A stretch of DNA of 64,000 bases from Bacteroidota bacterium (GCA_030550275.1 JAUQPR010000003.1:69571-133570), one strand, 5' to 3'. Positions 28,201-36,808 are shown, counted from the first letter of the stretch. Notes: generated by a model not told the origin, from the sequence alone. Numbers and translations: made by a program.

Positions 28201-29962
28201 CTGGTACCGCGATGGAACGCTCTTCCTGCGTAACGAGCGTGCCTGGCGCATCGCCGTGCGGCAATCGGGATGGTACAGCGTGGAGATCGTCAACACCTGC
28301 GGCGCTGTCCGCTCCGATAGCCTCCGCATCGAGGTCATCCCTCGACCGCTCCCACCGCGCATCACCGTCGAAGGGGGAACGGTGCTGTGCGCTGGCGATA
28401 GCACCCGACTGCGCACGGCAGAGCAACCGGGCGCAACGTACCAGTGGTACCGCGACGGTCGAGCCGTTGGACCCAATGCCCCTGTCTACGTCGTCCGGGA
28501 ATCGGGCACCTACACGGTCGAGGTCCGCACCGAATGCGGCGCTGTGCGCTCGCCCGATAGTGTTGTCATCCGCGTGTTGGATGCTCCACCAACTCCGCCC
28601 CTGTATGCCAGCGGCGCACCCCGACTGTGCGAGGGAGATAGCCTTGAGCTCTGGACAGAGCCCTTCACCGGTGCCCAGTACCAATGGACCCGCAACGGAG
28701 CTCCCGTGGGGGCTGATACGAACGTGCTCGTTGTGCGCCAAGCCGGCGTGTATCGAGTTCGCCTGCTGACGCCTTGTGGGGAAGCTGTCTCCGATTCCCT
28801 CGTCGTCGAGGTGCTGAGTCCACCCCCGGCGCCGGTAGTGCAGCCGCTGGGTCCACTCCGGCTGTGTGAAGGGGATTCGCTGCAATTGGTGCTCCGAGAG
28901 CGGCTCTCGGGCATCCGCTACACCTGGTATCGGGATAGCCTCCCACTGCCGTACACCGGGGATACGCTCACCGTCAGCACAGCTGCGACGTACTGGGTCC
29001 AAGCATCCAACGAATGCGGGGAAGCAGCCTCCGAGCGCCTCACCGTCGTCGTGCTCCCACGCCCGCCGAAGCCGGAGATCGCCCAGCGCGGCGATACCCT
29101 GGTCTCCAGCTCCCCTGTGGGGAACCAATGGCTGGATAGCACCGGAGCTCCCATTCCTGGGGCAACGGAGCAGTACTTCGTGCCACCCGGCAGTGGGCGC
29201 TACCGCGTGCGCGTGACCATTGATGGCTGCGCTTCGGAATCCGACCCGTACGACTACGTAGCGCGCGTCCAGCCGGTTGCAGCAGGGCTTCGGCTGCCAC
29301 AGGGACGGCGCTATACTCCGGGAGAGCGTATCGAGCTGGAGCTGCTGCTCCTGCCCGCCGGGCAAGCGCTCCCGCCGGGGAGACTGAGTGCACGCCTGCG
29401 TTACTGGGCGCGAGTTCTGGAGCCGCTCGCTCCGACGCCCTTGGGCAGCCTCCAGCAGGGTTGGCGAACTCTGCCGGTGGAGCTGCGAATTCCTGCACTC
29501 CCTGCCGGGACGGCTCAGCTCCGGCTCGCAACGGGGCTGCTCTTCCGTGTCCTCTTGGGCGATAGGGACTATACCCCGCTTCTGCTGGACAGCCTGCAGT
29601 TCCATGCCGAACGCACCTTCCCCTTCGTCGCCCTGCCTCCGGACACCCTGTGGGTGGAGATCTGCCGCGAGGGTGGAGAACGCCTCTTTGACCCAGAAAC
29701 GCCAGCGCTGCAGCTGCGTATCCTGCCGAATCCCGCTGCATCCGCGCCGACACTGCACTACGCTATCCCCGAGCCAGGGGACATCCGCATCCGCATGTGG
29801 AGCCTCTACGGCACGGAGGTAGCACGGCTCGTCGAGGGCTTCCACCAGCCTGGTCACTACGAGCTCCTCCTGGACACCGAGCGGCTCCCTGCGGGCGTGT
29901 ACGTGGTGGCGTTGCAAACCCCGACCCAAGAGGTGCGAACACTCCTGTACTACGTGCCATGA
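25292..29962 (+). CDS. Giant exported T9SS cargo protein: signal peptide, about 10 SBBP beta-propeller repeats, 9 tandem Ig-like (I-set-like) repeats, T9SS type-A C-terminal sorting domain
   Basis: Signal MLRRLGIAIAAVVSATAAG. The repeat YYGGSG..D.A.GIA.D..G...VVG.T.S.NFPVQNAFQ occurs about 10 times (aa 240-640). Nine ~80-aa repeats carry the Ig signature P.P.I...G...LC.GDS..L......YQW.R.G.......SG.Y.V.V.T.CG (aa 770-1290). The C-terminus LRILPNPAASAPTLHYA..IRIRMWSLYGTEVARL...LPAGVYVVALQTP is a Por_Secre_tail-type CTD. Confidence 0.85.
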   Translation: MLRRLGIAIAAVVSATAAGTGFIENQGQVRDRFGQLRPDILFVAELPGMELFVHTRGISYVFTVVELSEELPPEHRWRRLSARRYRLDLEWLSAEPFFRVRASGAHPMLRHYYLPGRTALNVAAYQEVQLEELYPGVTLRLRLGSEGLKYDLLCRRAEDLARVRFRYVGAQQLSLQPDGSLLVHTPLGTVRELPPVAFQLNRTLAAAYQLHGDTVSFRAAEALPHLPLVFDPGVAWSTFYGGSRLEDFTAVAADAAGNIYLAGWSVSTDFPVVNAFQPNLRDTLATDIVVVKLSAAGSPIWATYYGGDSSDAAYGIACDGSGEVVVVGTTTSPNFPVQNAFQSTLSGYSDAVIVRFNSSGQRLWATYYGGSGEETAYGVAFHRSGIFVGGTTSSTNFPVLNALQSVHGGGTTDGFVLKFSAAGQRLWATYYGGSGEEDLRGIAADSLGAVLAVGMTTSTNFPVQNALQPTYGGGLSDAFVLKLSGSGQRLWATYYGGNRLDFGYGVATDVRNMVYICGSSLSDSIPMRYAFQSRRVAALEAFIAALDTVGGLLWGTFYGGNGVDEARGIATTPQRRILVVGSTNSSNFPLNQPLQNSHAGNGDAFVAAFNYVGVQLWSSYYGGSSADIFYRVAADSAGNFTAAGNSTSSDFPLQNAFQSTLRGGMDGVAVRFEWESIRCWLLRPGPLCPGDTISIGFEARGYFFPDNVFTAVLSDSTGSFNTSTLIGSLAGQSSGVILGRIPDTVSPSKRYRIRVLGSRPATIGSPSDSFTILPRPTPPVITVEPDTVLCPGDSAILRIEPQEMATYRWLLNGNPIGSDSPQLVARQAGRYSVLVRTPCGEVRSQRDIVLTSANRPAIPRIEVLGARRFCRGDSAILRTANQGGETSYEWLRNGVLIGQNAPVLTVSQSGSYTVVVANLCGRVASPDTVHILVDEPLAPPELVAEGATRFCQGDSVVLRTRADSAIMEYRWYRDGTLFLRNERAWRIAVRQSGWYSVEIVNTCGAVRSDSLRIEVIPRPLPPRITVEGGTVLCAGDSTRLRTAEQPGATYQWYRDGRAVGPNAPVYVVRESGTYTVEVRTECGAVRSPDSVVIRVLDAPPTPPLYASGAPRLCEGDSLELWTEPFTGAQYQWTRNGAPVGADTNVLVVRQAGVYRVRLLTPCGEAVSDSLVVEVLSPPPAPVVQPLGPLRLCEGDSLQLVLRERLSGIRYTWYRDSLPLPYTGDTLTVSTAATYWVQASNECGEAASERLTVVVLPRPPKPEIAQRGDTLVSSSPVGNQWLDSTGAPIPGATEQYFVPPGSGRYRVRVTIDGCASESDPYDYVARVQPVAAGLRLPQGRRYTPGERIELELLLLPAGQALPPGRLSARLRYWARVLEPLAPTPLGSLQQGWRTLPVELRIPALPAGTAQLRLATGLLFRVLLGDRDYTPLLLDSLQFHAERTFPFVALPPDTLWVEICREGGERLFDPETPALQLRILPNPAASAPTLHYAIPEPGDIRIRMWSLYGTEVARLVEGFHQPGHYELLLDTERLPAGVYVVALQTPTQEVRTLLYYVP

Positions 29963-30741
29963 CCCACCTGGGACGGTTCATCGGACTGCTCTGCTGCGGC
30001 ATCTCCACAGCGCTGGCGCAGTATGCTGCCGGCGTGAGTATCGGCGCTGGGGTGAACCTGCATACGGCGGACTTCCGCACTGTATCGCCGGACATCCCCA
30101 ACTGCTGCCCTGGCTTTGAAGCCGGAAGCGGAGCGGCATGGAGCCTGGGTCTGACCTACGATGGGCTCCCGCTTGCTCCCCGCCTTCGGCTCCTGGGCGA
30201 GCTGAACTACCTCCGGCGGGATGCACGGCTGACCCAGCGCGAGGCAATTGTGTTCAGTTCCGACGATGGGCGCGCCGTTGCTGGCACAGTGCAGCACGAG
30301 CTTCAGACCCAGCTGGCATCGCTGGGGATAACACTGCTGCTGGGGTATTCGCCGCTTGGCTCCGTGCCGAGCTTGCAGCTGCGAGCCGGCATCCACACGG
30401 GGTGGACGGTGCTGGCAGCGTTCTCTCAGCAGGAGCTCCTCGTGGACCCACCGTACGGGCGCTTTTTGGACACGGGCACGCGCTCGCGCAACCACTACAG
30501 CGGCAAGCTTCCCAACGCCAGTTCTGTATCGGTCCTTGCCACCGTAGGAGCGCGCTACCTGCTTCCCATCAGCGACCTCTTCAGCCTCATGCCGACGGTA
30601 TCGGGATGGTTTGGGCTCACTCCCGTCGTCTCCGGCATTGCCTGGCGGGCTCATGCCCTGCACTTCAGCATGGGGATTGTTTACTCGCCGCTGCCGGAGG
30701 CACCCTCACCGCTCCGTCCCGGCTCGCCGGAACGCCCCTGA
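29959..30741 (+). CDS. Small outer-membrane beta-barrel protein (PorT / OMP_b-brl_2-like porin family)
   Basis: ATG at 29959 overlaps the upstream TGA (ATGA). Signal MTHLGRFIGLLCCGISTALAQ. 260 aa with alternating hydrophobic beta-strand pattern (VSIGAGVNLHTADF, LGLTYDGL, LGITLLLGYSP). Confidence 0.55.
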   Translation: MTHLGRFIGLLCCGISTALAQYAAGVSIGAGVNLHTADFRTVSPDIPNCCPGFEAGSGAAWSLGLTYDGLPLAPRLRLLGELNYLRRDARLTQREAIVFSSDDGRAVAGTVQHELQTQLASLGITLLLGYSPLGSVPSLQLRAGIHTGWTVLAAFSQQELLVDPPYGRFLDTGTRSRNHYSGKLPNASSVSVLATVGARYLLPISDLFSLMPTVSGWFGLTPVVSGIAWRAHALHFSMGIVYSPLPEAPSPLRPGSPERP

Positions 30742-30743
30742 GC

Positions 30744-32051
30744 ATGCGCGCAAGCGCTGCAGCGGCAATCGCCCTCTATGGGCTCACCCTCTTTGCCCAG
30801 GAGCCCCCGGTGCTCCTGCGCGATCTGCGCATCTACGGTGGCACGGACGAGACCGCTCCCCCAATCCTCCAGCTCCCCTCGGAGGAGGCGCCATTGGAGG
30901 CGCCGGGCTACCCGTTTGTAACCCTGGAGCTCGACGTTGAAAGCCCGCTTCCGCCGGCGCTTCTGGCTCGGTTGGTCCACTGCCGTCCAGACTGGCAGGA
31001 GAGCCAAAATGTCTTCCTCGCCTTCGGTCTTGCGGGCACAACGCTCTTCTCCTGGGAGAGCGCTCCTGCCCCTTCGAGCTTCTACACCTACCGAGGGCGG
31101 CTTCGACTGCCCAACGCACAGCTCTCGGTGCCGTATGCGGGCAATTGGAAGGTGCTCCTCTACGACGCCCGAGCCCCAACGACCCCATTGGCGGAAGCTC
31201 GCTTCTTCGCTGTCAAGCCCGCAGCGGAGTGCCGTGTAACGGTGTACGCGGACCTCTATACGGCATCCCCCGGCGTTAGCCCTGCTGCGGTGACTGTGGA
31301 AGCCTGGGTCCGCCCCCTTTCGGCTCGCCGTACCGACCGCCGCCTCCATACGGTGGTCTTCTACCGCAACCACCGCTGGTGCGAGCCGTACGTGGTCACC
31401 CAGGATGCCCGAATCGCCGACACGCGCCAGCTCTACAGCACGGGCTACCGCAGCAGTATCTCTGGGATGCTCCCGGCAGGGAAGCTCTTCCGGGTGGAGC
31501 AGCTCCCGGCGCAGAACGAGTACCGAGTGCTGGACCTGAGCAATCCCGCACAGTTCCCTCCCGGTGCTGCTCAGCCCATCCGGCTCCCCATGGCGGATCT
31601 GCGCCGCCGGGGCAACTTCTGGGAGTTCGCCGATGATGGTGCCCTCCGCTCCGCCCATCTTCCTCCGCATCTGCAGGACTACATTCCCGTGGAGTTCATC
31701 CTCGACCCCGAAGGCGCCCCACCCAGCGCGCAGGAGCTCTTCCTGGTGGGCTCCTTCAACCACTGGTGTCCTTCGGCACAGTGGCAGCTTGCCTGGGATG
31801 AGCAGGAGGGCGTCTACCGGCTCCGACAGTTGCTGCGGCGCGGGCGCCACAACTACCTCTACGCCACCGGTCGGCTCAACGCCGACACACGCCAGGTCGA
31901 AGCGCTCGATTTCACCGAATGGGAGGGCAACACGACCGCTGCGCGGCACACCTTCTTTGCCTTCGTGTACTACCTGGAGCCCGATTTCGGCGGCTACGAT
32001 GCCCTCATCGCCGTCGGAGCCGCCAGTATCTACGGTCCGCTCCGCCGCTAA
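30744..32051 (+). CDS. Exported protein of unknown function (435 aa); DUF5103-like T9SS-associated protein is a low-confidence possibility
   Basis: ATG at 30744, 3 bp after the upstream stop. Signal MRASAAAAIALYGLTLFAQ. No motif I can assign confidently. The context (cargo then beta-barrel then this gene) suggests a secretion link. Confidence 0.4.
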   Translation: MRASAAAAIALYGLTLFAQEPPVLLRDLRIYGGTDETAPPILQLPSEEAPLEAPGYPFVTLELDVESPLPPALLARLVHCRPDWQESQNVFLAFGLAGTTLFSWESAPAPSSFYTYRGRLRLPNAQLSVPYAGNWKVLLYDARAPTTPLAEARFFAVKPAAECRVTVYADLYTASPGVSPAAVTVEAWVRPLSARRTDRRLHTVVFYRNHRWCEPYVVTQDARIADTRQLYSTGYRSSISGMLPAGKLFRVEQLPAQNEYRVLDLSNPAQFPPGAAQPIRLPMADLRRRGNFWEFADDGALRSAHLPPHLQDYIPVEFILDPEGAPPSAQELFLVGSFNHWCPSAQWQLAWDEQEGVYRLRQLLRRGRHNYLYATGRLNADTRQVEALDFTEWEGNTTAARHTFFAFVYYLEPDFGGYDALIAVGAASIYGPLRR

Positions 32052-33358
32052 CGCCGCAGCGCCAGCAGCTCGACCAGCATCTGGTCGCTGACGCTCATCG
32101 TGCGTGCCGCTGCCTCAAACGCCCGCTGTGTGGCGATGAGGTCGCTGAACTCCTCGGTCAAATCCACATTCGACTCCTCCAGTGCCCCCCCGACGACCTG
32201 GACGCTGGGGAAGCTCTCGCCAGCCGTGCCGAAGATCGGCGCACCACTGCTGGGCGATAGCGCGAGCAGATGCTCCCCTTGCCGCAGCAGCCCCTCCGGA
32301 TTGGGAAACTTCGCCACCACGAGCTGCGCCAGGACCTCCGACCGCCCGTTACTGAAGCTCCCGATGAGCCTGCCCGCAGCATCAACGCTGATGCCGAGCA
32401 GCTCACCGGCGGTGTACCCATCCTGCTCAACTACCTGCACGGTGCTCTGCCCGGCAAAATGCGTCAACCCAGCAAGCGGATTGCTGGCTGAGCTGAGCTC
32501 CACCGTTACCGACTTCGTGGCATCGAAGAGCTCCGCGCCGCCGAGGGCTGCGTTGAGCTCGCTCCCTGCCAGGGCAATCGTGAGCGGGGAGCTGAGCGTC
32601 CCATCGGCGGCAAACTGCACCGGGCTTGCCCCCGCAGGCAAGGTCACCGCCGAACCGTCCAGAGTAACGCTCAGCTCGAATTCGTTCGGTGTTGCGGTCT
32701 TGCGGAACTCCAGGCGCAATACGTGCGTCCCTCCGCGCACGTCGTAGATGACCGCGCTAACGGCAACGGACTCCCCTTCTGCCAGGCTTGTGCTCAAATT
32801 CCCGCTGAGCCGGACCCGTTCGGTCTGGTGCGGTGGAGACTGCAGCCCCGGCGGGATCTGAATTGTGCCCAACTGGCGAGAGAGGACCGCTCTACCGGAA
32901 GCATCGCGCACAATGCGTCCCCCAGCGGTCTGCACTACGTACCCTTGCACGAACGCTCCCGAGGCGCTCTCCACCAGATTCCCCGCAGCATCCAACGCAA
33001 AGCTCCCTGCACGCGTGAAGTACATCTGCCCCTGTGCCCGCACCACGAAGAAGCCCTCGCCCTGTAGCGCCACATCCAGGGGGCGTCCCGTATACGTGAG
33101 CGTGCCCTGAGACAGATCCCGAACCACCGCGGCGAAGCGAACCCCGTTGCCGATTTGCAGCGGATTCGTCCCACCGACCTCTACGCCTGCAGCGCTGCCC
33201 AGCCCAAACCGCAGCGCCAATGCCTCGGCGAACAGCGCCCGCGACGCCTTGTAGCCAATCGTGTTGACGTTGGCGATGTTATCGGCAATGACCGCCAAGC
33301 GGCGCTGATGCGCCTGAAGCGACGACCGCGCCGAGTTCATCGAATGAAGCAACGCCAT
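32048..33358 (-). CDS. flgE: Flagellar hook protein FlgE
   Basis: N-terminus MALLHSMNSARSSLQAHQRRLAVIADNIANVNTIGYK (flagellar basal-body rod/hook N-terminal motif). C-terminal ...AFEAAARTMSVSDQMLVELLALRR. Start taken as ATG 33358-33356 (the ORF track starts at 33385). Confidence 0.85.
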   Translation of the reverse strand: MALLHSMNSARSSLQAHQRRLAVIADNIANVNTIGYKASRALFAEALALRFGLGSAAGVEVGGTNPLQIGNGVRFAAVVRDLSQGTLTYTGRPLDVALQGEGFFVVRAQGQMYFTRAGSFALDAAGNLVESASGAFVQGYVVQTAGGRIVRDASGRAVLSRQLGTIQIPPGLQSPPHQTERVRLSGNLSTSLAEGESVAVSAVIYDVRGGTHVLRLEFRKTATPNEFELSVTLDGSAVTLPAGASPVQFAADGTLSSPLTIALAGSELNAALGGAELFDATKSVTVELSSASNPLAGLTHFAGQSTVQVVEQDGYTAGELLGISVDAAGRLIGSFSNGRSEVLAQLVVAKFPNPEGLLRQGEHLLALSPSSGAPIFGTAGESFPSVQVVGGALEESNVDLTEEFSDLIATQRAFEAAARTMSVSDQMLVELLALRR

Positions 33359-33385
33359 TGTGCGTACCCGCAACTGGTGGAACAT

Positions 33386-34060
33386 TCATCGCCGACGAAC
33401 CTCCAGGACTGCCGAGAGCGGAACCTCAATTCCGCCAAGCCGGAGATAGGCGCCATCGGCAGCAAATCTGACCGCTTCCACAACACCTTCGACGAACGCG
33501 CCCAGCTCCTGTTCCCCACCCGTCTCCATCGTTGCCACGATCCGAATGCGGTACTCCCCTGCCGGGAGCCGATTCCCCGCCGCATCTGTGCCATCCCATT
33601 CAAACCACTGCTCTCCTGCCGATACCCCACGCCGCTCCACAGAGCGCAGCACCCGACCATCGGACGCCAGGACCTCCATCCGCACTGCTGCAGTGCCTTG
33701 GGGAACTTCGCAGCCCACCCGTACCGAACCCTGCACTCCCAGCAGGAGCTTTCCAGTCTCTGCCCGCACTGTACTGCCCAGCAACGCCGGTGCAGAAGCA
33801 CTCCCGATGCCCTCCATGAGCGCTGAGAGTTGCCCCACCTCCAGCTCCATCAACTGCCGCATGGAGAGGAGCTGCTCCAATTGCGAGAACACCGCCAGTT
33901 GGGCTGCCAGCTCCTGCCCGTCGTACGGGCGCACGGGGTTTTGGAGTCGGAGCTGCATGGTCAGCAGCTTCAGGAATGCATCCCTGCCCATCTCCGTGCG
34001 CTGGGGCTGGAGAGCCTTCGTCGAGAGCGATTGTGGTGCAATTGCATCAACCCTTGGCAT
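33386..34060 (-). CDS. flgD: Flagellar hook capping / assembly protein FlgD
   Basis: FlgD N-terminal motif DAFLKLLTMQLRLQNPVRPYDGQELAAQLAVFSQLEQ. C-terminal Ig-like (FLgD_ig) segment. Confidence 0.8.
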   Translation of the reverse strand: MPRVDAIAPQSLSTKALQPQRTEMGRDAFLKLLTMQLRLQNPVRPYDGQELAAQLAVFSQLEQLLSMRQLMELEVGQLSALMEGIGSASAPALLGSTVRAETGKLLLGVQGSVRVGCEVPQGTAAVRMEVLASDGRVLRSVERRGVSAGEQWFEWDGTDAAGNRLPAGEYRIRIVATMETGGEQELGAFVEGVVEAVRFAADGAYLRLGGIEVPLSAVLEVRRR

Positions 34061-35075
34061 GGACTGCTCCCGTGGAGGGTGTCACATCTTGGCTTGTCGC
34101 GGCAGCGGCGTTCCGATGCCACCGGAAGGAGGACACAAACCGATGGCGCTCCCGGTACTCCTGCGCATCGGGATTACCCTGAGGGAGAGATCCGCCGGAG
34201 AAGCCCATCTCCGAAGAGCGGACCCGCACCTCCAGCAGCTCCAACCGAAGTTGTCGTCCCGCAAGCATCCGCTCCAGCTCTGCGGTATTGCTGCCCAAGG
34301 TCCGCCCCAGCTCGCTGGATTCCGTCTCCGCTTGCACTCGGACGGAATCCTCCGCCACCGCCACCGATAAGGCGAGAGTGCCCCACTGGGGCAACTCTAC
34401 CCGCATGTGCGCAACCGCTGGGGGATGCTCGCTGCGCCCCGCTGCTGCGCTCCGCATGAGCTCCTGCAGAAAGAGCGTCCGGAGCTGCATCTCCAAAGCG
34501 TGCTGCCCGGTTACGCCTTGCAGTGTCGGTGGACTCCCTTGCTCCGAGCCTACCGCACCACTCGCCGTGCTCATGGCAGAGAATGCTCCCGCGTGCACTC
34601 CCTGGAGCCCATCGGCTCCGTTCGGTGGAGCAAATTCTCCGAACCTCGCCTGCGCTTCTCCTTGACCGCCTTCCGGCAAGAGCACCTCGGCAGCTGGATT
34701 CGCCTGGGAGGTCTCCGGACCGGATGCCTGAGGGTCCGCAGGCTGGGCAGCCCCCAAGGGGTTGTCCATGAGTGCCTGCCCGAGCCCACATTCGGGCTTG
34801 TGGAATGCCCTCGCCGTTTGGTGTGGAAACCCAAATCCAGCGTCTCCGTTGGGAACCGCCGTCGGTAGAGCAGAAGCCGTAGCGCCAGGAGCAGCGCCCT
34901 CCCCTCCGGGCAGGATGCGCGGGAGCATCTGCATTGCCTGCAGCAGTGCAGCAAACCCGTACGCGTTCTCTCCTACAGGCTCCCCCTGCTGCGACGGCGT
35001 CCTCGTCCCGCCGAACGGCTGGCTTCGTGGCAGCTCTCCACCCCAGCGGATGTGCATCCTGCACCGTTGGCTCAT
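34047..35075 (-). CDS. fliK: Flagellar hook-length control protein FliK-like
   Basis: Low-complexity A/G/P-rich N-terminal region. C-terminal Flg_hook-like domain (RVELPQWGTLALSVAVAEDSVRVQAETESSELGRTLGSNTAELERML). Overlaps the flgD start by 14 bp. Confidence 0.6.
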   Translation of the reverse strand: MSQRCRMHIRWGGELPRSQPFGGTRTPSQQGEPVGENAYGFAALLQAMQMLPRILPGGEGAAPGATASALPTAVPNGDAGFGFPHQTARAFHKPECGLGQALMDNPLGAAQPADPQASGPETSQANPAAEVLLPEGGQGEAQARFGEFAPPNGADGLQGVHAGAFSAMSTASGAVGSEQGSPPTLQGVTGQHALEMQLRTLFLQELMRSAAAGRSEHPPAVAHMRVELPQWGTLALSVAVAEDSVRVQAETESSELGRTLGSNTAELERMLAGRQLRLELLEVRVRSSEMGFSGGSLPQGNPDAQEYRERHRFVSSFRWHRNAAAATSQDVTPSTGAVHAKG

Positions 35076-35122
35076 CCTGCAGCCGAAGTTATCGGCAGCC
35101 TCCGGCGAAAACTAAAGCCCAA

Positions 35123-35560
35123 TCACGGCTGTGGGGGAAGCCGACCGTGCCGTGCGTCGTTTTGAAGCTGCTTGAGCCAGAAGAGGTCGTGCGCCAAGTC
35201 CACCAGGTTTCGCACCGCGCCCTGTGTCATGAGCAGGTAGACCTCCTGGAAGCGCTGGCAAACCTCCTCCGGTGCCCACGGGAGAAGGCGCTCCAGGAGC
35301 TGCCGGAGCACCGCAACGCTTTCGGCAAAGCTCTCCTCGACGCTTCGGTACCCCTCTTGCCCTGGCGCAAGGCGCTTCCAGATTCGGTAGACCCGCCACA
35401 GCGAAGCCCCGGCGAAGATGATCTCGTTGGCAAACTCCGCTGCGTCATGCTGTGCTGCAAGCTCCAGAATCACCCCGAGGTCGCCAGGCTTGCGCAGGGA
35501 GTTGTTTGCATACGCCTGCAGGTACGCTACGACCGCTTCCGTGTCGGCAGAGAGCTTCAT
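35123..35560 (-). CDS. Hypothetical protein (145 aa) in the flagellar hook operon (position matches FliJ/YlxF-type accessory genes)
   Basis: Clean ORF starting 2 bp after the upstream lipoprotein stop. No recognisable motif. Confidence 0.4.
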   Translation of the reverse strand: MKLSADTEAVVAYLQAYANNSLRKPGDLGVILELAAQHDAAEFANEIIFAGASLWRVYRIWKRLAPGQEGYRSVEESFAESVAVLRQLLERLLPWAPEEVCQRFQEVYLLMTQGAVRNLVDLAHDLFWLKQLQNDARHGRLPPQP

Positions 35561-35561
35561 C

Positions 35562-36149
35562 TCAGTACTGCAGCGCTCGGAGAACTCCGGTAAACAGACG
35601 CTCCTGCTCCTCCGGTGCCGGAGGTTCGATCGGACGCAGCTTCAACGGGAGCAACACGACCTCGTAGACGTTCCCCGCCGAGGAGACGAACACCGCTGCC
35701 CGCGCCTCCACACCCTCCTGGGCAAAGCGGTAGGTTACAAAGGTCCTGGGACCAATTCGCAGCAACTGGTAGTCTCCACTCAGCTTCACCCCAGCACCGG
35801 TCCGGCGGAGCCGGCGCTGGAAGCTCTCCTGCGCCAACTGCAGGAGGTCGTACGTGGCGACCTGCCCCGGCGAGCCGGAACGCACGAATACCAGCACCAG
35901 TCCGAGGGTGTACTCCGGGTTCACCGCCGTCGCCACCACGCCGGCAGGGGCAAGCTCCCCCAGCTCCAGTGTAATCCACCCCTCCGGCAGGAACAGCAGG
36001 ACATCCTCCCCAGGCGAGCGCACGGGGTCCTCCGATAGCGGAATCCCGGGCTCCGGCGAGAGCTCAGCTACCCACGACGGTCCCGTTGGCTGCCGCATCA
36101 GCAGCGCGCACCCTGCGAGCAGCACCAACGTCAGTACGGCAGCTCTCAT
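35562..36149 (-). CDS. Lipoprotein of unknown function
   Basis: ATG 36149-36147 forms an ATGA overlap with the DUF1684 stop. Signal plus lipobox MRAAVLTLVLLAGCALL. Confidence 0.5.
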   Translation of the reverse strand: MRAAVLTLVLLAGCALLMRQPTGPSWVAELSPEPGIPLSEDPVRSPGEDVLLFLPEGWITLELGELAPAGVVATAVNPEYTLGLVLVFVRSGSPGQVATYDLLQLAQESFQRRLRRTGAGVKLSGDYQLLRIGPRTFVTYRFAQEGVEARAAVFVSSAGNVYEVVLLPLKLRPIEPPAPEEQERLFTGVLRALQY

Positions 36150-36808
36150 CGCTGGACCTTGGAGGTGCACATCCTCTCCCCGGCCCGGATGGGGATGGGA
36201 AGCCGATTCTCTGCCGGAACCACTGGGCAGGCGTACTCCTCGTTGTAAGCGCAGTAGGGATTGAAGGCGCGGTTGAAGTCCAGCACGTACTCCTCCTCCC
36301 CAGGCTCCTCCTGCAGCTCCAAATACCGCCCTCCGGCGTAGGTCTCTTGCCCAGTGGTAGCATCGGCGAAGGGAATAAACAGCAGCCCGCCCTCCTCCAG
36401 GGGCTTGTACACTGTCAACGACAGCACCGTATCCCCCAGGGGGAAGAGGAGGCGACCGTACCGCAGCATCCGATGCCGATATCCGGCACGTGTGGAAGCG
36501 AGCTCAACGGTATCCAGGCGCTGGAAGCGCTGCAGTGCCGCCGGGAGGACGTATTCCCTCGTCGGCGGGTAGTAGCACAGCCCCGCAAAGTGCCGCCGCT
36601 GTGGGAGCGGGATGGGGGAATCCGGCGCACTCCGAAACGCCTCATCCTTGAGCCGTCGTTCGGTCAGCACCTCCAGCGAATCCCACTCAGGCTCCAGCGA
36701 TTCCTCTCCGCTCCGGCTGTCATCGGCGCACCCAGGAGCTTCCCACAACAGCACGACCAAGAGGGCGCCAGGGCACAGCGTTTTCCACAGGCTTTTCCAC
36801 ATCCTCAC
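36146..36808 (-). CDS. DUF1684 domain lipoprotein
   Basis: Lipobox LLWEAPGCADD. C-terminal DUF1684 signature YVLDFNRAFNPYCAYNEEYACPVVPAENRLPIPIRAGE. The first 9 codons overlap two DnaA-box-like motifs, so the start may be M3 (36802). Confidence 0.65.
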   Translation of the reverse strand: MRMWKSLWKTLCPGALLVVLLWEAPGCADDSRSGEESLEPEWDSLEVLTERRLKDEAFRSAPDSPIPLPQRRHFAGLCYYPPTREYVLPAALQRFQRLDTVELASTRAGYRHRMLRYGRLLFPLGDTVLSLTVYKPLEEGGLLFIPFADATTGQETYAGGRYLELQEEPGEEEYVLDFNRAFNPYCAYNEEYACPVVPAENRLPIPIRAGERMCTSKVQR

